This document shows, in pieces, positions 34,290-48,900 of a DNA stretch of 64,000 nucleotides. Position 1 is the stretch's first letter; every line of letters begins with the position of its first letter. The notes under the pieces were generated by a model. That model ran no database searches. It had not been told where the DNA came from and saw only the letters and a list, made by a program, of their open reading frames with translations. Source of the stretch: Phoronis australis (taxonomy: Eukaryota > Animalia > Phoronida); assembly GCA_002633005.1 (NCBI GenBank), contig NMRA01000398.1, positions 70,010-134,009 of the forward strand. The letters are read 5' to 3'. The translations under genes and the position numbers were made by a program.

Positions 34290-36410
34290 TCAGTGTGGGC
34301 ATGCGTTAACGATGTATTTGCATGGTGGTAACTATGCTAAAAGAGAGATTTCGCAAAGGGACGTGAACGTGAATTACTACGCATACGTAATTTCCGCGTC
34401 ACGTTGTTGGCTGTGATGTAATCTCGTTAGTGTTTCCGTATTTTACCCGGATACATGGGGATTCATGTCCCTTTAAACGCATAACTTGTTGCCCTTTTCA
34501 AGTCTAATCTGGTCAGGCATCAAAACGAATTTTATTTTGATAGGGCTCTCAATATTTCTTCCGTGCTTCAATATAAAATGAACACGAGTTTTTGGTCCAT
34601 AAATGTTCTTAAAGTCAAGCTGAAGGAAGTCATTTTTCCAAAATCCTTATTCTGTCGGTATTCGCTGGACATCATCGATTTAGAGTGGATTTTTTAACGG
34701 ATATGATTTTGTGTTCATTGTTAATTTGTACATGGTTAATTTACATGCATCTATTTATCTCACAGTGCAAATAAATTACGCATTACAAGAGTTGACTATT
34801 TTTCACTGGAGTTTGTAGAAACCACTTTTTCACGTTCAACATATATTCCTATCCTGCCTACCTGTAGCAGAATGGAGTAGAGTAAACTATAATACAATTG
34901 AATAAAACACATTTCATTCAAGATTCTCTTAAATGTACATGTACCGATTGTCCATCAAGTTTCTCAAAGAAAAACACGATGCAGAGCTGAAATTATGAGA
35001 GCAAGAAATAACATTGGAAAGTAAAAAGTTGGAAATGGAAAATAAAGAAAGGGAAGAGAAGCCTGAAATGGAGAAGAAAGAAATGGAGTGAATCTCCCTG
35101 TATTCGCGTAAAATACGCAAACACTAACGACATTACGCCAACAATGGCATGTATTACGTGGAAATTATATATGCGTGATGATTCACGTTCACGTCGCTTT
35201 GCGAAACCTCTATATTTTCTACGGCATACAAAGTAACCATGCCCAAAGCATGGTTTCCGAAAGTTTTTTACGAGTCCGACTACACATTCTTGATATATAA
35301 TGTTCCGAAGTAGCCAAATTTGGACATTTACCTTGGGCTTGCGCGTAACCATGGGACTCCTTTTTCCTTTGCAGACAACTATTGCTCAATGGAGAGGTTT
35401 TGTAAAGCGACGTGAACGTGAACCATAACGCATTTATGCCATTTGTGGCCGTGACGTAATCCTGATAGGGTTTATGCATTTTACGCGAATACAGTGAGAT
35501 TGTCGTCGTTCTAAACACAACACAAGTGGCCCCTTTTCAATTCCTATTTTGTAAGACATCGAAAAGAATTTTATTTGGATAGGATTCTCAATCGTTCTAT
35601 TTAATTTGCTTAGGTATAAAATGAACACTATTTTCCTTTATATATGATTAAAAGTTTAAATGCAAGAAAGACCTTTTTGCAAAATCCTTATTCTGCCGGG
35701 GTTCGCTGGATATCACGAAACTAGCATGGATTTTTGACAAATAGTTTCGTGTTACTAAATTTTTACGTGCTTAATTGAAATTCATCTACATAATTTAAAC
35801 TGCCAAGAAATTTCTCATTCCAAGAGTTGAAAGTTTTTTTTGCAGGAGTTCGTAGAATCGAATTTTTTCACACTCAGTATATATTTCGATCTTGCATATC
35901 TGTAGCAGAAGGTAATTCAGTAAAATACAAATTATTAGAACCATTTTCATTCAAGACTCTGCAAGACGTACCAATTGTCCATGTAAGCAATGCAATCGTC
36001 AAAGGTGATTTAACCACTTCGCCATTTACTAACCTAACAGCAAAATGTAGATTCCAGCAAAAATATTTAACAATCACACAACTGTTTTGGAAAACTTTCA
36101 TTCTTTTGTTTCAGTGTCTCATTTACTTTTTGTGTTCGTCTTTCATGGCTTCTAAGCATGAAAATTGGCTAAATAGTCTTCGAGAGACAGTGGGGATAGA
36201 CCAAATATCTAGATGTTTTGATGTCTATACATACAAGTGTGACAGTTCGTCGCCATGGCACCGACAACATTACATTTTCCAACAGTAGGAGAATTCCTAT
36301 TTCTTGAATTCAAGAATTAAGGCGAATTACTTCAAGATCAGGAAATTCGAAGCGGAGAAAAAGAAAGGGAATGGAGGTTTGATGTGGAGAAGAAAGAAAA
36401 AGATGCTTGC
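34290..36410. repeat. Diverged ~1.05-kb tandem duplication
   Basis: GACGTGAACGTGA at ~34360/35409; AAAATCCTTATTCTG.CGG..TTCGCTGGA at ~34640/35680. Confidence 0.6.
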
Positions 36411-39400
36411 TGTAGAATAAAACATGTTCAATCTCATCACAAAATTAACCAAAGAATTGACCAAATTGAATTGACTGATTGGCGTTAGATGTTACGAGAA
36501 TAAAAATATGGAACTTGCACTTGCAGAGTTATCTATATTTTTTGGAAACTAGTGGACACGTACCACGATAGCTGGGCACCCTGAGTTCAATTGTTCAGTT
36601 TACCGTTTATTTTAGCGTTCCCGTAAACACCCAACGTGAATCGACACGCGCAATTAAGTAAGTATGAGTGATAATTCATGTTCGCGAAGCCTCTTAAATA
36701 CCAACTTTTCTGCCGTATTAAGTAATCGTGTAGTAAAGTATAAGCAAGCAAAAATTCAAGAATCCTGTAATGGAGAGCAAGGTTAATAAACAGAGTTAAG
36801 CAGGGCTTCTCTTACATTTGTGTCGCCTTGTTTATTACACATTACAAAAAGACGTCAGTATGTGGTCGGTCATCCTCATGTCGTCGAACTTTGATTGACA
36901 CACGTACAATTCCTTCTGAGAATGAATGCCCTCTTAAAAGAGGCACGAAGCAAAGTATTGCGTAACCGGTACTTTTGGTTTAATGCGCACAGCAGGGTAA
37001 GGACTTCGACCAATGCGTTTTGACAAGGAACTCTTCGGCAAAGAGACGTGCCCGAAAACATCAGTTGTACAATTCATAGTTACAATATAATCCGTGTTTC
37101 TCTAGAGGACATGAGCCGGGGTCAAAAGGGGGATTTTTCATGAGCAGTACCCTATAAAATGCATACTTCCCCGACAAAACTACTTTTAAACGGAATCACT
37201 TCAAGTTCGAGATCCCAGCTTTATTTTCCTCCCAGTGCTCTCAATCAAGTTAACTTTCTTCTAATTGACTAAAATGGTTGGTTGTTTTCAAGAATAGAGA
37301 TGTAGAGAACCAACCACTGTTGAAATTGCCATGAATTCCGAGTATAGAAATAAGGAAACATTCATGAGTAAAATTCTTCAATAATTTTTGCACACATATA
37401 TATGTGAATCGGTGCCCGCTTGCATGACACTGTCAAGCATAGGGATTCTACTGTTTCCTAAATCTTTTGCGTACTCGTGTCAATATTTGTTAACATCTGG
37501 ATTTCAGTTTATCGTTATTATGAGTTTCTCTTTGACTAATGAAATATTGTATGTTACAGACTATTCAGTGATACTTTTGGTGTCAAAACTAACTTAATGG
37601 AATATATTTGAATTATTTCAGTTGTTGTTAAGTACCAACAAAATGTGATATCGCTATAGTTGTAGACTTTGATGATTAGTGTCCTGCCATATTTGTGCTC
37701 AACTGAATTGTTGGTACGATGTTTCAAAGGCGGAATCAAAACGCCTCAATTAATGTAAACACAAATAATTTGTCTTGGTAAGGTGTTAACTCACATACAG
37801 TGCAACACAAAAAGAGAGGCCCCAGACCTGGATGGTTTCAGTTTAGGATGTTGACGAAAATACTGACAACATATCCGTTTTCAAAACTAATTTGAGTTAG
37901 AAATAACGACCTTGCTCCTTTTGTGGACCAGCTAAATGTACTTTTGAAGCATTCATTTAGGAACAGTGAAACACTGAACTTATTTTAGACAAGGGTAAAT
38001 AACGAAATTTTAAGCAACTTCATGTGTCGGCTCACAGTCTTTCAAAAATGTTGTCTAGAGCTTTTCTGGTAAACATGAAACTTTAAAAAACATCGTTTTG
38101 CTATTGGGTAAACATTTTTTATTGCCAGAAGTTTCTTTCGAAAAGTTTGCTCTTGGGCGCCGTGGTCAAATCCATCGAACAATACCATTTAAGTGAAAAG
38201 CACAGTGCTTGGAAAACTCTTAATTTAGATCTTAGAAAAGAGGTGGTGCAACTTTGAAACTAATTATCTAAGTAGCCAGCTGGATTCGGTGTTCCTGCGC
38301 GTGCGTGTGCATGTATGACTGTGTCCTTTTGCAAGTCTTTTCTTCAATAAATGTATAAAAATACCTAGGGAGTGGAAAGCAAGGAATTGCGTTTTACTCA
38401 GACCCAATGACGTTTTCGAAACTTGTTCAGTACGTGACACAAATTGATGAAAATACCTTTCGTAGTGAGTGAATCACGCCAAATTGACTAAACACACCAA
38501 AAAGGCAACGGTCAACCCAAACTCGACTGCTTGTACTTACCCGCCCGCCTAACCTGAATACACAGATTTTTAAAAGACGTAAAAGTCGGACAAATTATTT
38601 TAGACACTTCGGAAACTAAAATTTCCAGTTTTGTCGCGGACTACGTTGTTACACAGAATTTCCCACTAACCAAGATGTTTACTTGGATTCCATTGCGACA
38701 CAAGTTTTGTCCCATTATTTCCATTTAAACTTATGTTCACTATAGTTTAGTATGTTAGGACCATTTTTATCATTTAAATATTTCACTCGTTAAGTAAGAT
38801 TGACGCGCACGCTTAGCATTTGAAATACATTTTAGTTCCTAAAAATTGATTGGTACAACCATGAATTCCATCGAGACAAGTTGTGCTGAAGTGAACACAG
38901 TCACTCCATTTTTACATGCTAGGGCCATTAATCCAGTTTACGCGTTCAGTCGATTTTGATCCATCAGTTTAGTTGTAAAATATAACAGTCAACATTTCCG
39001 TTATCGAATATGATCCGTGCTCGTCCATAAATAAGTCGGATTTCATTAATTGGTTTAGTGTTAGAATAACATATATTTCACAAAAGTGGATTAGAACGAA
39101 AAATAACTTCGTGTTGTCAATATGTGCTCGCTGCATGTACCTCATTGGCAACACGATTGAATAAAGCATGGCTTGTGTTGTTATAGGATATCTGAATTAA
39201 ATTATTTGATCTGAGATCGCGAGTAAAATGAAATTGAGCGTTTAAAGGTTTCCCGGAATTAGCGATTAGAATTTCATTAACAAACTTCATTAACAAAAAT
39301 AAAAGTAACAAATTATTGCTGACGACATACACTTTGGAAATCATGCTTGCAATAGAACAAATGTTAGTGATATCTACTTTTGCACTGTGTGCGAAATAAG

Positions 39401-39417
39401 TAAAAAGTGCGTTAATG

Positions 39418-39512
39418 GTCTGATATAACGTGCCCCAATTTTGAGAACCAGTTTTCTCCAGTGTATAACGGGCATAAACTGGTTCTCAAAATGCGGGCAT
39501 GTTATATCAGAC
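39418..39512. repeat. Short hairpin/MITE
   Basis: GTCTGATATAAC..TTTTGAGAACCAGTTT / AAACTGGTTCTCAAAA..GTTATATCAGAC. Confidence 0.65.
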
Positions 39513-41430
39513 TTTTGCCAATAGTACCGTATTCTCTCCTGGATTATTGCCAACGTGTAACATTGAACATCAGAAGTTATGGAGAACCTGATGCAATGTC
39601 CACTGTACATGTACATATTTCACAGAATGCAGTTCGTACAAACAATAGGCACCGCTACAAGTCTTCACGCGTTGTAAAGGCACTCTTTCCTCTTTATTCT
39701 AGTTAAAAACACCACAGAACGGGTTTTTAACGCAAGATTGATTAGTCGAAACAGGTAACTCTCATTCCTAGCAAATCCAAATTTACTGGGAATTTTTAAC
39801 TTTTTATTATAGTTTTGGTGGTGCGGTTATAGAAGTGAAGAATTTGAAACTTGGGAGTTCCTACTTCGATCTCATAGCTAGTTTGCGTATACGGTACTGT
39901 CACATTGAAAGCGCAATGACATTATTGTACACTCTGATGCGCCAGAATTCTAGTGTGAATATAAATACATTACATAGAATACGCACCCTAAAACGACGTT
40001 CGCCTGCAGAAGAAAAGTCGCACCAAGCACAAGCCAGCCCATTTTCGAATTTCCTGGGCTAAATGTTTTTAGACCTACATGTACGTACTTGCAACTCGCG
40101 CAGGGGCCTACGTATGTTCCCTTTATTTGAGTCAGCCTTGGTTTGAGTTGATTATCTAATAGACTCGAGCGAACAATTAGAATCGCACAGCGTATTTTGG
40201 TCAATATATGAAGACGTCATAAAAAGCGTTTGTATAGTTCGTCGACCCTGTGTGTTTACAAAGCCGTTCCGTGTTCTTTTCATTAGACGCTGAATGCGTG
40301 GGTTGAAATCAGACTGCCTTCAGAACCGACCAAACGAACAGGGATACCCAAAACTCAACTTCCTACGACAATTAGTGTTTGGCGTACTCGTGTAGGCCTA
40401 CTTGGAGTTTACCTTTTTTGGGAAAGGTCACACAGGTTGTTTTAACACACTACCGTGACAATTTAAAAAAGTTGTCACGTAATGTGGCTACAGAAAGCTA
40501 CGATTACCCATGACTGCAATTTGGCATGTGCTAAACTAAACTCTGCTAGTTCGCGGAGGTAGCAAAAGGCATTTGACCTGCTTTTCAAAACATTCAACCG
40601 ATAAGGGAAAAACAATTCACAGCGCACATTTCAGCTTTTTCAGTCAGTTTCTTGGTGTCAGCATTGCGACTCCGACTGCAATGATACAAGTTTGTATTGA
40701 TACAAGATAGCGTGTAGTACATTTGCAGGACAAGTGCAAGACGCCTGTGTTGCATTGTGGGTAATACCGTAGAATCAGAGTTGGGCTTTATTTTGGGAGG
40801 GACCTACTGTGTTGGTGACTTGAAAAATAGCATAAAAGTTTCGTGAAAAGGGAGTTTTTCGACAGGAGCATTATGAAAGAATGTTTTTGAATGTTAAAAA
40901 GAATTTATAAAAAAACCTTTTCTTTGCTTTTCTTAAGTCGTGCCATAGTTCATTAAATGATTTTGTCATTTACACTGACATCAACCAATCAACACGTGAG
41001 GTCCAAATATCCCGACCACTTTTATGTACTACGCTAAGCCTGAGGCGTACAGTCAGCGATAGTGCAATCGGCAGTGTCGTCTGCTGCCTATCTGTCAAAA
41101 AGTCGCAATCCAGTCAACTACATTTTGAGCCGGTTGGGTAAAAATTCCGGCCCTGTAGTGTACTTATAATTGTCTTCCAACAATAAAGTTTAGAATCATT
41201 GTGTTTATTATATGAACACTACAATCACTAATGTGCTGACGTACGGCCGACATTGACGTTAAGCGATCCCCTACGAGGTGAACTTTAACTTGCGAACTTC
41301 AATCATACGGCCAAACACAGTTCACTTTGGAAATCGCACGACCTGCCACCAGCAGTCGTTTACGTCCATCCAACAACTTTCCGTTCGACAAAATACGAGG
41401 TAAGAAATTACATCAGATATGATGTCTTGG

Positions 41431-41436
41431 TTTATT
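41431..41436 (-). terminator. Candidate polyadenylation signal of gene B
   Basis: AATAAA on minus, ~500 nt after the stop. Confidence 0.35.
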
Positions 41437-41939
41437 ACATGGACGTCATATGAGCAAGAATAATTAGTCTTAATACACGCGATATATAGGTCGCGTCAGG
41501 TGACCTATAGGTAAATCAACACCAGTGTTCGAAAGCGGGATTTCTGCTAACCGTGAAGACGCTCTAGTCCAGTGAGCTATCGATCGGGACCACCTGTCGA
41601 TTGCAGAAATCTAAACAGACTTAACTGAAAGAATCTTATCCAAACTTGAAAGTGAACACATTGTACAAAACACACTTGCATTTGCATGAACTCTTCACGG
41701 ACACACGGAAACCAAAGGCTCGAAGACGAGTTTTCCCACCCCAAATGACCAATAGGTTTATAGTATGTTATACCAAACTTCGCGATTCATGGACTGGTAA
41801 GAGGAACCATGAGTACATGTATGTCCACAAATTTGAATGAAAACGTAAGGATGCATTAATGAGTGAATGGAAATCACCCGGAAGAAAATAGCACTGTTGT
41901 TGTTGAACCACGAATATTTCTACTTTCCTGTTGAAATCA

Positions 41940-42961
41940 TTAAAACGGATTAATAATGTTCGTTGTATATGTAGTGTAGGTTCCAAAGGGTGAAGCCGCA
42001 CTTATAGATGCGGTGTAATTCATGCGGTGACGGTAGGTCCACGAGGGAATCACATGGTTAGTATTCAAAGTGGACACCCTGTTATTCACGTTTGCTGACC
42101 CTGCGGTTCGACCAATCGACAGCTCATATCGTAGGTAGCCCGGACCGGTATAGTTGAACACGCCGTACCAATCAAGATGGAGATGACTCGTGACGTTGTT
42201 TCGATACAGCCACGGTGATTTGCCAGATAATTCTGGGGCTCCAACGAAAAACGTCACTTCCGTGGTAACCGGGTCACTTTTAAGTCCCCCGTTGTTGACG
42301 GCTTTAACAGACACGTTGACAGATTTGAAAAAATATTCCTTCGTACAGATAGTAATGAGGGTGGGCCCAACAGTGGATAATGAGGGTTTACTTGTAGTAT
42401 TTTGCGATGTCGTGTATTGTGTTGTTGCATTTGATGTTGTTGGAGACTGAGCGGTCGTTTGAGAAGCTGTAGTTGTGTCAGTTGTGTCGCCTGAGGTCGG
42501 AAGAGGTAAAATTTTCTGGTAACAAGTGGTGTTGAACAAGTCATTGTCACTCAGCGGAAGCTTGTCTAAAATAAAATGCCTGTGTTGTGCCAGACTGAAA
42601 TAGTCAACAACGACAGATTCATCGGACATTTTAAGCTCGTACGATTGAATACCAGCGACATCGACGATCCCGGATATGGTTAAGTCTAAGAGATCCGTGT
42701 TAGACTGATGTCCGGGCAAGGCGCTAAAGTAAGTTGTTGAGAAGGAGCCGACAGTCAGTTTACCCGCAGATGTGTCGGGTTTTTGGAGGACGATCAGAAG
42801 TGGTTCGCCGACAACAGTGCTTTCCAAACGCGCCTGACTGATACATCTGAGTGAAGGATAGATCTTGGCACCGTGGCTCACAGTCAAGCCGGATGCTGCA
42901 GCAGTGTATAGTGTGTCGGTCCTAATCCAACCCAAGATGTCAGTGGCGCCATATAACAAAC
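41940..42961 (-). CDS. Gene B last exon: FN3-like repeats and Thr-rich loop, ends ...TNIINPF*
   Basis: ORF 41940..43037; tttcag acceptor, phase 1. Confidence 0.9.
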
Positions 42962-45900
42962 CTGAAACATACACATGTACATGTATGTCAATATTGTTAC
43001 CTGCCAGAACTGAAGTTATAACATATTTTGGTAACATTAATTCCTTATGTTTTGTTTTTTTTTGAGTATGAAACGTTCTCGCGATATATCAACTAGCATC
43101 TATGATAGTAGCAACATTAGCAAGTTTTCTCAATTTTTTTCAGAGAACGACCAGAAATTCTCCGATAAGACATGTACAGTTGAACGTGTGTGCGGCTGTA
43201 ATGCACGAACTGGATATATATGCTATTACTTCTGATAATTACCTCCATAAAAACTATGGGGTATAATTAAACAACTTCAAGCAAATGAAAGAATGTCTTA
43301 AAGACATATGCGCGAATTTAAGCTTTTTGACCACCTGTAAAAAATGAGAAAAGGTTTGACATGCGCAATTGCAAACTTTTTCGAAGAAAAAAACATCATT
43401 TCGGATACATCCATTTCGGTTCTTTTCACTTAAAAACTTCATAAACTGTAAGACTTGTTCAAATTACACACATTCAAATGCTTCAATTGAAAAAAAATAG
43501 TTACATGTAAACGTCGAACTTTCAAAAGCATATTTAAATGTTTGTGGTGCACCAACAAAATGGCGGCCACAGTTAAAACTCATTGAACTTCACTTGTCAT
43601 TAATTGCAAGTAAACAACTTGCAGGGCTGTAGTTTACATAATTTCCCGTTTAAGTAATAATTCTCGGTGGATGATAACACTTTTGAATTTTAAACATGTG
43701 AAAATAAGAGTGTTTCGGAGACGAACGCCACACTTGCCCACTGAACAACACGTTCTATAAATAAAAATTCAGCTGGACTAGTGACAACACTCTCACACAA
43801 ACATTCAGGCAGACATTGTAAGCGACTATATGCGGTGAAAATATCAATAAGAGCGTTTGTCCCATTTTGTGTAATGAACTCCGATTCTTTGTCTAGAAAC
43901 GTACTTGCATACAGAAGGCACGTTATTGCGAGTGAGTGGCCAGAATGCGTTTCGCTAATATTACAATTTCGTGTACACAGGAATGTTGTCAGGAAAAGAG
44001 AAGTCTGGGAGTGCATCATTAGGTGAACTGCTACGAAAATACACTTACCAAGAGCCCAAAAGCATTTGTCAAGTTTGCTGTCTGCAAGACCATTCCACGT
44101 AGCGTTGATGTCAACTGAGGGGGTCGAGTTGTTGATAATATACGTCATAGAGATATTAGAGATAACTGGCGGCAACCAATCAATAGCCGTTGGAGGCGAC
44201 ACAACGTTAGTTTGTTCTTCAGCTTCATTGACAGCCAACAAAGTCACGTATACATTAAACCCATGAGCAACAGCCATGTCGCGAAAGACGTGATAGGGTC
44301 TTTTCCCCACATTTTTCAGAGATGCAAGTTGAAGACCGCCCGGTGTGGTGCCAAGCCCAATTCTTGTATAGCGTATTCTGCTCTCAAGATCAGTTAAGCT
44401 CCAGTGAACGAATAAGTCCGTCAAGCCGACTTGCCGCACAGTAACTGATGCAACTGGGTCAATTGGTGATGTGCTGACGGCTTGTTTCAAGCTTATCTTA
44501 GTCACAGTGACTTCGAACTCTTCCACAAGGCTGAACTCGATGCCGGCAGCTTCCTCTAATGGTACATCCATAACAAATGTACATTTTGTTAATTCGTCCG
44601 TCAGATGGAGCAAGTAGGTGTGGTTCCCAATGTGAATGTCTGAAAACAGTTGCTTGCAAGGCGGTTGTGTTTCAATGAGTAGCCTGTAAATAGCAAACGA
44701 TGGAATGTTGATGATTTGTGTCACCTTGTCTTGTACCTTCAACCCAGTTCCAACGTCCAGTGCAGTTTTGTTTCCCGTTGCCCACGCACTATTGAAGTTG
44801 ACAGCGCTAACGGTAGAGATATCGCCATAGGACAACACGTCAGCGCCGAATGACGATACGCGATATCCAACAGGCGGCGTGGCATCATATGTAAATGGCG
44901 GTGACGCCACAACAGTTTCGTGCCCAGCTGCATCTACTGCTTTCACAATGATATAATATGACGCACCATGGGTAAGAGGCACCATAGGGTGAGTGACTCG
45001 ATTAGCAATTCCAACGTTCACAAATTGTTTGGTATTGGCAGTTCTATTGTTATCCCCAATGCCCCAGTGGTATTCCTTGATGAACGAATGTTTGTCACTA
45101 AATCCAATCCAGCTGATTTCAAATTTGTCACTGCTGGACATGAAACGGTGATGGTGACGCCATCTGCCGTTGAATACAGCTCCACCGAGGGGAGGCTCGT
45201 TGTCAACAGTGACACCATCCGAGCTCTTGTTAGCCGTAAGTCCCACGTTATTTACGGCCCTTACAGTGATATAATATTTAGTGCCTTGTGAAATGGTGAG
45301 ACCAGTTCTAGAAAATGCCGTCGCTGTTCCAACGTCTTTCAGCGTCAAAATTTCGTCTCCTGAAAGTAAAAAAGAGCACTTTGGAATCGGGAATTAATTT
45401 ACTTGCTTTTTAATTTGAACAATCGTCATTTCTCTACGTATATGAATAACATGAAAACTTAGCATAGAAACCATATTCATTGGACAATAGGTCGCGTTCT
45501 TACCTCCCACTGTCGTTCCTACTATTACTTCGTAATGATGAATTCCACTGTCAGCATCACTAAACGTCTTATCCCATCGTGCGTAGATGGCGCTAGTTGA
45601 TTGTGTGTATTCAACGTCCACGTTGTCAGACTCAGAAAGGGTATCCCAAACCCCATAACCCCTGGCAACCTTCGGTGGTGTAAAATCAACACGCACTCCA
45701 TCGGACTCCACCTCTGTATATTCGTCTTTGTTCCACCAGAAACGCACGTACAACGAATAGTCCTCACCCTGGAGAAGAGCCTTGTTGTATGGTAAACAAT
45801 ACACAGCAGTTTTCAAAAGACCATTGTCAAACACAAACTTTTCAGTGAGAAGATTCAACAAACCAGTGCCCATCCCTTGTTTCTTCTGGCCAAAACCCCA

Positions 45901-48900
45901 ATCGTATCGAAAGGCATTGTCCTGGAGCGACCAAGTACCGGCGAGACACTTTTCGGAAGCCGTGTAGTCCTGATCGTTGGTAATATCCAGTCCATCGACA
46001 ACTTTGAGGTTGCCAGGCCCTGACGTATTTGTACAAGCTTGTACATTGCCATCATGTCTGCAGTTGTAAAACGTTCCGCCATATTCACCGCATGAGCAGA
46101 CTTTCTTGCATCCAAACACTACGCAGGAATGCCGTTGAATAAATAAATTATCAGGAGACACAACTTTCACGGAGGTCTGGCCAATATCTGATGTCATACC
46201 AGCCCCATTGACTGCGTAAATGGTAATGTAAACCACGTCACCGACATTTACATTACTGGTGAGTGAAAACGTGTGACTCTGAACTGCGGAAGAGGAGTCG
46301 TGAGCGACGTCTGTTGGTTGCAATATATCCCACTTATGATAGTTAGTTCCGAACGCCACCACATACTTGTCAATACCAGACTGGCCGTCATAAAATTCCT
46401 CCCATTCTAAGTTAGCCTTCGAGCCACCGTCCCCATAAGTCAGTGTGTGTTTGAAGTGCCCCAAATGCGGAGGTGTGGAATCAACAAGCAAAGCTCCAGA
46501 TGTCGCTGTGGTACAGAGTCCAGCTGCATTACATCCCGTGACTATTGCCCAGTAGCGGTCACCATCTGCCATTTGGCGATCGCCAGATAAAACAACAGTC
46601 ACATAGGAAGCAGCGTCCATTTGGTATTCGCTGACTGGGTGCACGTTGTCATCGTGGGATTTAACATCGACCACGTGACGTGCAATAGGACTCTCTCCGT
46701 CAGAGAACTGCCAATTAACACGAATAAGTGAAGGGTCGTACTGGGTGTTGGCCTTACGTGACATACCGTCCACATTAAATGACGGCGTCGTGTTTACAGT
46801 CGGAGCGGTGTTGTCAATAATGAAATGTTGAGATGACACAATGGTAACGTGATCAGCATTGTTTGTTGCCTTGATTTTCACGTACAGTTTCTTATTGGGT
46901 GTGAGCGACAGGCCGCCTTTATGAACTTGTTCTGTGAGATGAGCGTAAGTGTACGAGACTTCGCTGCAATCGTCACTATCATCCTTACCAATGCACCATT
47001 CGTACTGACGGATAAACGAGTGAGGGTCGTGGAATCCAAACCAACGTATGGAGATAGAAGACCTACGCAAATAATGACATTCTTGTGAGTACGTCATTAC
47101 AAAGTACTAAACCTATCTTACAAATACGTCCTAGCAAGAATACATGCGTCCACAAATGCAAAGTGAACAATGTCATTCTAGGGGTGTACATTAGTACCGT
47201 GTACTAAAATTAAGACTAATTTGGCCATAACAATATCGAAGCAGAGAATACGGCGCGCTGATATGCGGCCACCTTGTACATTACATAGAGAGCAAATACA
47301 ATGGATGATCATAATTAAAGGGAGCAGTACTAGACAGATAAAAATAGACTCTACGGGATGCAGAAAGCAAGGTAGCAATGCTCTCCACAGTATGAACACA
47401 CTTGCCACATGTCATCATGATTCTTTAGCAGTTTGAAGGATAGAGAGACGGACGACAAAGAACAGACACAAAAATTAATGGACACCAGAGGGCGCTACGT
47501 AGGTTAAATCCATCCGAGACGGGGTGGATGCTGTTGCCTTTGAGACAGTAACTTAATGAAAAACAATGAAGGAATTTGGAATTCTTCAGGACGCAAATAA
47601 AATTCAAACTGCCATAAGGGAACACCGCAGTAATGGGATTTGCCACAAAATCCACGCCAGCTGTGTTCTCCCAAGACACGTAAACCAAAGTTCATGAAGA
47701 TGCATCAATGTACTTCGTAAATATTCAGCCACATTAAAAATACAAATTTCAATAGGGGGGCACCACAGCTGTCGGTTCCGTCCAAAACTTGTCAGCCGTG
47801 CTGTACCTAGTAGGAACACATAATGCCCATTTTCATAATGATCGTTAGGGTGGTTTTTCTGATAGCAGGTCGATGCCTAACACCTGACTTGGCAACAATA
47901 AAAATGGCCACCAGGTGGCGTAAAATACATCGAATCCATCCGCAAATGGAAAAGTGCTCTATATATTCTATATATATATATATATAAAGTGGTATGGCGG
48001 TAGTTCAATCTGTCCGACAATCAGTTTATGTCGACCCATGTCAACCATTAAACCGTGTGTTCAGTTTTATCAAAAAAAAAGAAATTTCCCTATTGAGCAA
48101 CAGACAAGTTGTGCGGTTTTAGAAACTGAAATGGCTAACGGGGTGCTACGGCAGTCAAATCTGTGCCGCGAAAATCGACTGGCACCTGCGCAATCCCACT
48201 ACATATGGCTAGATTAAGTTTTGTAAAAAAAATCAATCACGTCTTTTTGACAATAATTGAGGGGGGAATATTTTGTCGGCCAAGAAGAGTTGCCACGATC
48301 GTCAAGTGCAGCGGAAAATCATCTGATGCCGGCATATCCCAGCCGTAAACCCGTGTGTACATTTTCATCAAAATCTAGGCACTGTGACAATTATGGACGG
48401 GCAAGGAAGACATGACCAAAAAGAATAATTGACATAAGTCAATGGACCAACAGACAGGATGATGGGAGGAAAGACGAAAATATTTGTAGCCACATCTGAG
48501 ACTATGATCCTCAAAATTGGATACCAATATTACTTTACAGGTTCGGTACAGAACGTGCACAAATCATTGCACTTATCCTTCGAATTAATCCATCCGTATT
48601 TCCAACTCCCCAGATGAAGTGAGACGCCATACGATCAATTTTTTTTTGAAAATCTTTCTTTTGGTCAGTGCATTCTAGCAGGCATTTGCTACTCAGATGA
48701 TAAAATCAACGTGCATAGCGCAGTTTTACCATTTCATACTATGGACCCGAACAGCAAACTGTTATGAACAAGTTTTTGTTATTCAACTGCACATTCTAAC
48801 ACACAGTCAATACTCGCATAATTTATCAGAGACCAAGAAACAGGGATAAAGGTTAAAAATAACATTATCGGGTTCTTCCCTGGAATGTTGAAAATTGATG

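Noticed and set aside
37795-38560. Strong donors at ~37794 and ~38540 as first coding exon
   Set aside because: No ATG-initiated hydrophobic leader in the required phase 2; could still be non-coding exons
43690-44048. Hydrophobic ORF tail that looks like a TM segment
   Set aside because: Lies after the GTAAGT donor at 44048; intronic read-through
41940-47097. Long ORFs as a bacterial or HGT insert
   Set aside because: Bounded by canonical splice sites with matching phases; native exons of gene B
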